Shown: piece by piece, positions 44,708 to 51,206 of the stretch
Numbering within the stretch: position 1 is the first letter of the stretch
How the letters are laid out: every line of letters begins with the position of its first letter
Virus record (IMG/VR): IMGVR_UViG_3300036823_000047
Span: 1 to 51,206 of that record
Reading direction: 5' to 3' (one strand)
Length of the DNA: 51,206 nucleotides
Source of the DNA: a virus
Taxonomy: Duplodnaviria; Caudoviricetes
Position numbers and translations under genes: made by a program
The notes under the pieces: model-generated
Databases searched by the model: none
What the model saw: only the letters and a program-made list of their open reading frames with translations
Told to the model about the DNA's origin: nothing

Positions 44708-44882
44708 GCACCCTCTTCCCCTTGAGAACCGACTCCGCGACTGCCTTCATGGTCAGCCACGCTGCCTCTGACCGAACCGAAGTCGCGGCTTCTGCCTTGC
44801 TGGTGTTAACCGCAACCTCCTGCTCCACGTACTCCTCGTCGTGGTCCCGCAGCCATTCGCGGTACAGCTCGTAGCCCTTCAC
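44694..44882 (-). CDS. Hypothetical protein
   Basis: GGAGG RBS, GTGA coupling. Confidence 0.55.
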   Translation of the reverse strand: MKGYELYREWLRDHDEEYVEQEVAVNTSKAEAATSVRSEAAWLTMKAVAESVLKGKRVRVRA

Positions 44883-45022
44883 AGTTCCTCCTTGAGTGCC
44901 TTGACGAACTCGTCCTTGGTCATCTGTCCGTCCTTGTAGTGCTTAAGAAGGCGTTCGACCCTCTCCCCAATGCCCTCTTCCGGGGAAAGCCTCTCCTGCA
45001 ACCAGTCCATAGACGGTGTCAT
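44879..45022 (-). CDS. 47-aa hypothetical protein (not in ORF track)
   Basis: GGAG RBS; MTPSMDWLQERLS...GQMTKDEFVKALKEEL. Confidence 0.55.
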   Translation of the reverse strand: MTPSMDWLQERLSPEEGIGERVERLLKHYKDGQMTKDEFVKALKEEL

Positions 45023-45039
45023 TGCTCACTCCCTACCTT

Positions 45040-45133
45040 GGTTAACAACACCGAACACGTAGACCCAAAGCACCACACGCCATGGTTTGAATGGCTGTCC
45101 TGGTTTGGGTCTCATGCACATCTGTTGTTAGCC
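45040..45133. repeat. Long imperfect hairpin containing variant element A
   Basis: GGTTAAC 45040-45046, N24, CACCACACG 45071-45079; stems ggttaacaaca/tgttgttagcc, agacccaaa/tttgggtct, gccat/atggc. Confidence 0.75.
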
Positions 45134-45295
45134 GAACAGTGGAAGGATCCTCGTAGTTGGTTCGAGAAGCTGCTCCACCTTCCAAAGCTGATCCCAGGTC
45201 TCCCTCTGATCCTGCAGGGAGTCGTCGTCCATCATCTCCTGCAACGCATCCCGGTGGATCTCCAACGCGGCCTTCATGATCTCTTCGTACGTCAT
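45128..45295 (-). CDS. 55-aa hypothetical protein (not in ORF track)
   Basis: ATGA coupling; MTYEEIMKAALEIHRDALQE... Confidence 0.55.
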   Translation of the reverse strand: MTYEEIMKAALEIHRDALQEMMDDDSLQDQRETWDQLWKVEQLLEPTTRILPLFG

Positions 45296-45630
45296 CGTCC
45301 GAACGCCTTCCTTCCTTGGTTGTCTGTCTCTCCGACGATCCTGGTCGTTACGTACGACCCCTGTGTGGTGTTCGCGTTCCGAGCACTCCTGAGAAGGCCG
45401 ATCTCCGGACCGACCTTACACCCCGTCTTCGGGTTCGTAGCCTGATCGAGCCAATGTCCCCCAGGCACACCTCGGAGGGACTTCTCGAACGTGTTCTGCA
45501 TCTTGTACGGTAGCGGCTTCGACTTCTTCTTGGACGGAACCTCCCCGTTGCCCTTAGACAACATCCGACCTTGGGAGGCAAGTCTCCGGAGCTGTAGCTC
45601 CTTGATCTTGTCCTTCGTCGACTGCTTCAC
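45292..45630 (-). CDS. Basic hypothetical protein
   Basis: AGGAG RBS after promoter. Confidence 0.65.
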   Translation of the reverse strand: MKQSTKDKIKELQLRRLASQGRMLSKGNGEVPSKKKSKPLPYKMQNTFEKSLRGVPGGHWLDQATNPKTGCKVGPEIGLLRSARNANTTQGSYVTTRIVGETDNQGRKAFGR

Positions 45631-45662
45631 CGCTACTCCTTTGATTTGAAGGTTTTCTTTTT

Positions 45663-45693
45663 ATTCTACTGCAGACCCCCTTGGAACCTTCAA
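45663..45693 (-). promoter_or_regulatory. Early promoter
   Basis: TTGAAG-N19-TAGAAT. Confidence 0.5.
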
Positions 45694-45699
45694 GGGGTT

Positions 45700-45860
45700 T
45701 CAGCTGTTTTGCGGAGGGCCGAGACGTTCTACCACGTACGGGTTACCCTGGTGGTACTCCGTAGCGATCTCGACCACCTTGCGAAACGTAGCATACTTGT
45801 CCTGCGGTCTGCCTTTGACAGTGCCGCACGCATCTTGTCCCTCATCTCGTCGTGGTCCAT
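45700..45860 (-). pseudogene. Possibly frameshifted small gene
   Basis: Coupled start MDHDEMRDKMRAALSK; a more natural continuation GRPQDKYATFRKVVEIATEYH lies in another frame. Confidence 0.35.
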
Positions 45861-46261
45861 CAGTACCACGACCCCTTCGCGTTCTGTGCACCAACCCGTC
45901 GTTCCTTACTGGTCGTCATGACCAGTACGTTCTTCTCCGGACGGCCCTGCTTGTACGTGTCAGGCTCACGATACCCATCTGCCCTCGACAGGAGCTGCAG
46001 TACGTCCGCCCAACTCAACATGAACGTCTCTACCACAACCCTGTCCTCGACGAGCCGCGTAACCGAAGTGTTCGGCTTCTGGGGCTTGAGTCCCAGTGCC
46101 AGCAACTCCTCATCCGAGACCCACGTACTCCTCACCCGCTTCAGGATGGCATTGTTGTCATACCACTCTTCTACGGCCCACGACGGAATCGTAACCTTGA
46201 ATGTCAAACCAGGGCGCTCAGGGTCTGCGTTCGTCACGAATACGAATGTATCCATGCCCAT
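45860..46261 (-). CDS. Hypothetical protein
   Basis: GGAGG RBS after promoter. Confidence 0.6.
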   Translation of the reverse strand: MGMDTFVFVTNADPERPGLTFKVTIPSWAVEEWYDNNAILKRVRSTWVSDEELLALGLKPQKPNTSVTRLVEDRVVVETFMLSWADVLQLLSRADGYREPDTYKQGRPEKNVLVMTTSKERRVGAQNAKGSWY

Positions 46262-46290
46262 GCCTCCTAGGGTTTCGTGCTCTTGGATCT

Positions 46291-46320
46291 ATTATACCAC
46301 AGAAACCCATATGACTTCAC
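46291..46320 (-). promoter_or_regulatory. Early promoter with extended -10
   Basis: GTGAAG-N18-TATAAT with TGn. Confidence 0.6.
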
Positions 46321-46382
46321 GACCGTCTGCTGATCGTACGGTCTGGCTCCCCTCTACTAGCTACCGACGATGTATGACCTGA

Positions 46383-46700
46383 CAAACAGGTCGCTAAACC
46401 TGTATGCGAGGCGCAGAAACCGTCTCGGAAAATCGGTCTATTCCCTCTTGAACCCTAACTCGATCATTGGCTGTTCTAGTACCATTCAAGTTAAAGTTCA
46501 TAATACGGGTGTTATTATATCTATGAATTTATATACATAGTTATACTAGAGATTATACAGTACGAAGACTCTAGTCTTTCTACCTTGTTAAACAACCGTT
46601 GTTTTTCTAGCTCGGTGGGATTAGTTCGTAGAACGATACTAATCCCGGACTAGACAATATTACCTGCCTAGATCCCCTAGCCCCTGTGGTGCTGTGGAGG
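46383..46700. other. AT-rich non-coding region (candidate origin or physical terminus region)
   Basis: No ORFs, visibly lowest GC in the window, CTAG-rich; near the divergence of the two arms. Confidence 0.5.
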
Positions 46701-46726
46701 CGACCTAAGCCGCCTCCCAGACCGGA

Positions 46727-46804
46727 CTATCCCCTCGACATTACCAGGGCCATGATTACGATCCCCAGGAGCATCCACTGGAGTACCGAGGCGTGGACCT
46801 TCAC
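46727..46804 (-). CDS. 25-aa hydrophobic peptide
   Basis: GTGA coupling; MKVHASVLQWMLLGIVIMALVMSRG. Confidence 0.45.
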   Translation of the reverse strand: MKVHASVLQWMLLGIVIMALVMSRG

Positions 46805-46962
46805 GCGAAGTCCCAGTCCACGACCAGGGCCGCCTTGATCGACTCCAACTGCTTCTCCGCCCAGACCCAGGCCTGGTAGACCTTGGCCTCCTCGGAGACG
46901 GGCCCCGGGACGTGACCGTTCGCGAGTTCCTCGATGTACGTGTCGATGATGGCCTGACTCAT
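46801..46962 (-). CDS. 53-aa hypothetical protein (not in ORF track)
   Basis: AGGAG RBS; MSQAIIDTYIEELANGHVPG... Confidence 0.6.
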   Translation of the reverse strand: MSQAIIDTYIEELANGHVPGPVSEEAKVYQAWVWAEKQLESIKAALVVDWDFA

Positions 46963-47047
46963 GGAGTGACTCCTAACCTAAGGTATATAACCCCTACGGT
47001 TATATATCCAAGGAAGGGAGGGGGCCCCGTAGGGCCCCTCCTCCTTA

Positions 47048-47377
47048 CTAGATCTGCTTGGTGACGTACTTGGTAGCGAAGGCCACCGACTGGTCCTTCG
47101 TGAGGGCCTTGATACCCTTCTCCCCCTTAACCAGTAGGCCGTTCCGGGAGTAGTTGTACATCATCTGGGGGCGGATCCGCTTCCCACTCCCGAGGGCCTC
47201 CAGGGCCCCGTTCACGATGTTGTGGAGGGCGTAGGGGGTGATGGTCTCCGAGTCCCCGAACACCGTCTCGGTGAGCTCCATGATCACCGTCTCCGGGGTG
47301 GGGGTCTCCTCGAGTTCGGTCTCCTCGAGAACGGTCTCTTCGATGGACTCGGGCTGGGTGGTGGTGATGTCGGACAT
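47048..47377 (-). CDS. DNA-binding protein, PQxxY family, acidic N-terminus
   Basis: ITPYAL...IRPQMMYNYSRNG; first gene of leftward arm. Confidence 0.7.
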   Translation of the reverse strand: MSDITTTQPESIEETVLEETELEETPTPETVIMELTETVFGDSETITPYALHNIVNGALEALGSGKRIRPQMMYNYSRNGLLVKGEKGIKALTKDQSVAFATKYVTKQI

Positions 47378-47425
47378 GGGGTGCTCCTTTGGGTTTTGGT
47401 TGGTTTTTGTTTTCCTGATAACTAT

Positions 47426-47454
47426 ATTATAATGCGGATCATGTAAAGATGCAC
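47426..47454 (-). promoter_or_regulatory. Leftward promoter of divergent pair
   Basis: GTGCAT-N17-TATAAT; A/C-rich unstructured leader and AGGAG RBS. Confidence 0.65.
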
Positions 47455-47517
47455 GCTCCCTACGTGTTTATCAAAACTACATCCAAAACATGTGTTACCA
47501 TGTGGGTCAAGATAGGC

Positions 47518-47546
47518 TTGCTATTGTGATCTGACTCAGCTATAAT
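47518..47546 (+). promoter_or_regulatory. Rightward promoter of divergent pair
   Basis: TTGCTA-N17-TATAAT-CA; GGAGG RBS. Confidence 0.7.
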
Positions 47547-47566
47547 CAGCGTAAGGGAGGGCCAAT

Positions 47567-47926
47567 ATGGACGATGCATGGGTTACTGAGGCTGAGCTTG
47601 CCGCTCTTGGACTCGATCGAGCGACAGGTATTCGGACTGCCGATGGCGGAGCTGAAGGCTACGTAGACCAGGCCAACCGGATGATCCGTGAGGGTGCGCC
47701 CATGGCGGCCGCTTCTCTGGTTCGTCTGGCGCAGTACTCCGAGAGCGACACGATTCGACTCCGAGCTGCGGTTGAGATCCTGAACCGCGCCACCGTGCAG
47801 GGTGCTTCGTCTGTCGACGGTCGCGAGCCTTGGGCGGCTGTGTACGAGAACGTCCTCACGGCTGGGGATGTTGACAAGATGGTCCAGGATGCCAATGCCT
47901 GGCGTGCATCTCAGGAAGGTCGGTAA
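47567..47926 (+). CDS. Probable terminase small subunit
   Basis: AAASLVRLA...SDTIRLRAAVEILNR helical motif; first gene of packaging arm. Confidence 0.6.
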   Translation: MDDAWVTEAELAALGLDRATGIRTADGGAEGYVDQANRMIREGAPMAAASLVRLAQYSESDTIRLRAAVEILNRATVQGASSVDGREPWAAVYENVLTAGDVDKMVQDANAWRASQEGR

Positions 47927-48042
47927 TGGCTGCTGCAAAGAAAGCCGCTGCGAAGAAGGCAATGCCGCCTGCGTTCATCAAGCAGGCGAAGAAGAGCGCT
48001 GCTACGCCTGTCAAGAAGGCTGCGCCGAAGAAGAAGCGCTAG
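47926..48042 (+). CDS. 38-aa histone H1-like Lys/Ala-rich peptide (not in ORF track)
   Basis: TAATG coupling; MAAAKKAAAKKAMPPAFIKQAKKSAATPVKKAAPKKKR. Confidence 0.75.
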   Translation: MAAAKKAAAKKAMPPAFIKQAKKSAATPVKKAAPKKKR

Positions 48043-48121
48043 AAGCCAGTTAGACGAGCAAGCTCTCGAAGCCTCACCCTTGTAACACTGGGGCTGGTTT
48101 GCTCGTCTAACCTAGCTTCTA
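48040..48121. repeat. Element-B-like long inverted repeat
   Basis: GTTAGACGAGCAA 48049-48061 / TTGCTCGTCTAAC 48099-48111, plus tagaagc/gcttcta. Confidence 0.85.
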
Positions 48122-48240
48122 ATCGGTCTAGCAAAGCAGCTATAATAAACACGGTATGAGAGCTGATCACCTAAGGACGGTAGGATCCTAACCAGCTCGA
48201 CACGCACATAAGCCACTACGGATCGCCAAGTAACCCCAGG

Positions 48241-48281
48241 CGTGTGGAGTCTTGAAGAGCTGCTCTAGGAGGTAGTTAAAC
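48241..48281 (+). repeat. Element A half site
   Basis: CGTGTGGAG-N25-GTTAAAC; degenerate inverted arm CTCGACACG at 48196-48204. Confidence 0.75.
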
Positions 48282-48301
48282 ACGGGTAGGAGTGGCCGGC
48301 A

Positions 48302-48487
48302 GTGACAATCGAACAGTACAAGATGAGGTTCATAACTGCGGTGTTGGGGGTATGGGCGATTGTCGTAGGAGCTTCCCTATTCGTGTACCTGTTCAGGGCA
48401 GGCGAGCAACCGCAGGCCTGGCTCCTAGGCATTCCGACGGGCACGTGGTTGGCGGTCTTTCCTCCGTTACCCAAACCGAAAGAGTGA
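48302..48487 (+). CDS. Small membrane protein
   Basis: AGGAG RBS; two hydrophobic segments. Confidence 0.6.
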   Translation: MTIEQYKMRFITAVLGVWAIVVGASLFVYLFRAGEQPQAWLLGIPTGTWLAVFPPLPKPKE

Positions 48488-48489
48488 CT

Positions 48490-48660
48490 ATGACGTACAC
48501 AGAGCAAGCGTTACTGTGGATAGGGACTACAGGAGTCGCTGGATACGCCGTAGGTGCGTCCGCCGAGTTGATCAGGAGGAAGCGTGGACGGAGCAAAAAG
48601 GATCGCGCTATGGCTGCTGGTCGCCGTGCTATCAGTAGCTACCCTAGTTCTGTACGTTGA
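48490..48660 (+). CDS. Small membrane peptide
   Basis: ATG 2 nt after previous stop; hydrophobic segment then basic tail. Confidence 0.45.
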   Translation: MTYTEQALLWIGTTGVAGYAVGASAELIRRKRGRSKKDRAMAAGRRAISSYPSSVR

Positions 48661-48907
48661 CAACTTCCGCACTAAGGACTGTTTGTCGGGGTATATGACA
48701 AGGGATGCTGCAGCTACCAAGGCACGGTCTGATGTGGCAGATACAGAGCGGACGTTCTTCAAGGGCACGTTGTTGACGTTAACGAATCCTGGATCTACGC
48801 CAGTAGCACGTTCGGAAGCGATCAAGGCATACATCGACCTTCTGGACAAGGACGACCAGATTCGGAAGGCCAATCCTCCGCAGCCTGTTCCGACGGAGTG
48901 CAACTAA
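48584..48907 (+). CDS. Membrane-anchored protein with helical Cys-flanked ectodomain (lysis accessory-like)
   Basis: AGGAGG RBS; N-terminal TM; C...PTECN. Confidence 0.65.
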   Translation: MDGAKRIALWLLVAVLSVATLVLYVDNFRTKDCLSGYMTRDAAATKARSDVADTERTFFKGTLLTLTNPGSTPVARSEAIKAYIDLLDKDDQIRKANPPQPVPTECN

Positions 48908-48916
48908 GGAGGAGTA

Positions 48917-50353
48917 ATGGTACAGGCCGTAGACAAGCACAAGTTCTTCGCCCACGTGGGATATGAGCCACACCAGAAGCAGTGGCTGTTCCACGATAGC
49001 ACTGCCCGCTTCCGTGCTCCTGTCTGCGGTCGACGGTTCGGTAAGTCTCGGATGAGTGCCATGGATGAGGCACCTGGTCTGATGATCCCCAAGCGACGTG
49101 GTTGGATCGTTGGTCCTACGTATGACTTGGCGGAGAAGGAGTTCCGAGTCCTTTGGGATCTGTTCATCCTGGATCTCGAGTTCGGACGTAACAAGCGCGT
49201 CAAGAAAGCGTACAACAAGCGCTCTGGTGACATGTACATCGAATTCCCGTGGGGTACTCGTGTTGAATGTCGCTCTGCAGATCACCCTGAGAACCTGGTT
49301 GGTGAGAAGCTCGACTTTGCAATCATGTCCGAGGCTGCGAAGCATAAGAAGGATACCTGGGAGCGATTCATTCGGCCTGCTCTTGCTGACAAGCGGGGCA
49401 ATGCTACATTCCCTACAACTCCTGAAGGCTTCAACTGGCTTCACGGTATTTGGCAGCTGGGCCGTGATCCGGACTTCCCAGAGTACGAATCTTGGCAGTT
49501 TCCATCGTGGGACAATCCATACGTTTACCCTGCTGGCCGTCAAGATCCGGAAATCCTCGGCATTGAGCGAACGACTGCTAACGAGTGGTTCCTTCAGGAG
49601 TATGGCGCAGACTTCTCAGCGTTCGTAGGGAAGATCTATGGAGAGTTCCAAGAGTCCACGCATGTTACTGAAGTCAAGTTCAATCCTGCGTGGGATAGCT
49701 ACGTCGGTTATGATCCCGGGTACACCAACCCTTGGGCTTGGGTGTTCTTTCAAGTTGACCCACAGGACAATGTCTATGTGTGGCGAGAGCACTACGCCCC
49801 GTACATGCAGCTCTCTGAGCACATCGCGCACATGCGTAATCTGGAACAGCCAGACGGATATCACCTGGACCTCGCCTTTGGCGATGCAGCGGATCCGGAA
49901 GCATGTGTTTCGATCTCTGAGAACTTCGTCCCGGCGTACGCTGAACCGGAAGCTAAGAAGAATTGGCGTGAGGGTGTCGACCTTGTCAAGAGCTTTCTGA
50001 AGCTGCAGGATGTTTATTCCCCCAGCGGATCGCTTATCGTCGTCGACGAGCACGGGACGCCTCTTAAGCGGCCGAAGCTCTATATCGATCATTCGTGTAA
50101 GAACCTCATCTACGAATTCAATAACTATCGGGCTCCGGATACACGACCGGAGACAAACGTGCGGGAGAAGGCTAAAGCGCACGCTGATCATGCGCTCGAC
50201 GCACTTCGCTATGGACTCATGCATATCGTCAAGCTGGGCTGCAACTCGCGGCTTGCCGACCTCTACTCTGCCAATGACCTGAGCCTGGAGCGTGACGTAC
50301 TCGCTCCGTCTTCTGACACTGGCGGCTTCTTCAACTGGGACATGGAGTTCTAA
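48917..50353 (+). CDS. terL: Terminase large subunit
   Basis: PH.KQ, GRRFGKS Walker A, TTPEGFNW, YDPG nuclease, DHALDALRY. Confidence 0.95.
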   Translation: MVQAVDKHKFFAHVGYEPHQKQWLFHDSTARFRAPVCGRRFGKSRMSAMDEAPGLMIPKRRGWIVGPTYDLAEKEFRVLWDLFILDLEFGRNKRVKKAYNKRSGDMYIEFPWGTRVECRSADHPENLVGEKLDFAIMSEAAKHKKDTWERFIRPALADKRGNATFPTTPEGFNWLHGIWQLGRDPDFPEYESWQFPSWDNPYVYPAGRQDPEILGIERTTANEWFLQEYGADFSAFVGKIYGEFQESTHVTEVKFNPAWDSYVGYDPGYTNPWAWVFFQVDPQDNVYVWREHYAPYMQLSEHIAHMRNLEQPDGYHLDLAFGDAADPEACVSISENFVPAYAEPEAKKNWREGVDLVKSFLKLQDVYSPSGSLIVVDEHGTPLKRPKLYIDHSCKNLIYEFNNYRAPDTRPETNVREKAKAHADHALDALRYGLMHIVKLGCNSRLADLYSANDLSLERDVLAPSSDTGGFFNWDMEF

Positions 50354-51206
50354 ATGAGTGACCAGATGGAGCTCTTCGAGCTTCCCGAAGGCGGAGATCC
50401 GGGTTCGGTCGCTCTGGCTGAGATCCTTGACTCCTATGACCTTATCACCGCAGACAGTGGAGCTAAGCCCTACATTGTGGTGGCAGAGAAGCAGCTCGCC
50501 GAGCCTATCTCAGTGATGTCGGAGATGGGCTACGCCAGTCCTTCCCCCTACACGTCCTGGACGAGGGAAGAGTGGAACCCGAAGCTCCGTGACAAGCAGG
50601 GCATCACCGAGTACTACCGGATGAAGCGTCTCGATGGTATCGTCCGTGGAGCTCTGCGGGTCTTCAAGACGCCTGTGCTGTCCGCTCACTGGTTCATGAA
50701 GCCTGGTAGTGACAGTACTCGAGACAAGAACGTCGCAGCGGACATTGAGGATAACCTCAAGTGCAAGATGACCACCTCGTGGGCTCGCACTTTGGATGAC
50801 ATCCTCCTCATGTGTGACTACGGCTACATGGCCTTCGAGAAGGTCTACCAGCTTGAGTCGGATGGAAAAATTAGGCTACGTAAGTTGGCTCCTCGACACC
50901 CGAGTGACATTCAGGAGTTCCTGTACGACCGTAACGGCGGTCCTGATGGCATCCTGATGGAGCCGATGTCGCAGATCGGTCAGGTTGATCCAGACCACAG
51001 CGTTAGTGGTACTGCGATCCCTATTCCGATCTCTCGCCTCGTCATCTTCAGTCTGGAAGCTGAGGCTGGTGACCTGAGTGGTATCTCGATCCTCCGTTCC
51101 GCGTACAAGCACTACCAGTACAAGGACACGCTGTACAAGATCGATGCTATTCAGAAGGAGCGTCACGGCATCGGCGTTCCGGTCATCAAGCTTCCGCCGG
51201 GCTGGA
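50354..51206 (+). CDS. Portal protein, N-terminal part (wraps to 810; not in ORF track)
   Basis: ATG right after terL stop; open frame to window end; YGYMAFEKV, KLAPRHP motifs. Confidence 0.88.
   Translation, partial: MSDQMELFELPEGGDPGSVALAEILDSYDLITADSGAKPYIVVAEKQLAEPISVMSEMGYASPSPYTSWTREEWNPKLRDKQGITEYYRMKRLDGIVRGALRVFKTPVLSAHWFMKPGSDSTRDKNVAADIEDNLKCKMTTSWARTLDDILLMCDYGYMAFEKVYQLESDGKIRLRKLAPRHPSDIQEFLYDRNGGPDGILMEPMSQIGQVDPDHSVSGTAIPIPISRLVIFSLEAEAGDLSGISILRSAYKHYQYKDTLYKIDAIQKERHGIGVPVIKLPPGW
51080..51206. repeat. 127-bp exact terminal duplication (right copy)
   Basis: Identical to 1-127. Confidence 0.95.

Noticed and set aside
18398-47377. Lysogeny module or prophage boundaries
   Set aside because: No integrase, parAB or CI-like repressor recognised, and no host genes flank the sequence

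Overview
The window is an apparently complete, circularly permuted dsDNA tailed-phage genome of about 51,079 bp. Bases 1-127 repeat exactly at 51080-51206, most likely an assembler overlap, and this splits the portal gene. It is a high-GC actinobacteriophage-like siphovirus. I found no integrase or CI-like repressor, so it is probably lytic. The host is inferred to be a filamentous actinomycete from a LAxTG sortase signal and an I36-type secreted protein. The + strand arm (47567 wrapping to 18327) carries terminase, a Mu-like portal, protease and capsid, tail genes with a -1 chaperone frameshift, the tape measure, endolysin and holin. The - strand arm (47377 to 18398) carries many small early genes, a SNF2 helicase, a Cas4-like nuclease, an AAA ATPase, an SSB and a primase-helicase. 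It also holds a 7-deazaguanine DNA-modification cluster (queC, queD, queE, folE, a dpdA-like TGT and two NTP pyrophosphohydrolases) coupled to a UDG-fused family A DNA polymerase. The ORF track misses several features: (i) a textbook type II hammerhead ribozyme; (ii) three non-canonical tRNA-like folds in early-gene intergenic spaces; (iii) a dispersed intergenic element CGTGTGGAG-N23-25-GTTWAAC, twice present as a symmetric inverted triad; (iv) a second GTTAGACG inverted-repeat family; (v) three paralogous PQxxY HTH-like proteins; and (vi) a 38-aa histone-H1-like peptide. All functional calls come from motif recognition by eye; no database searches were run.
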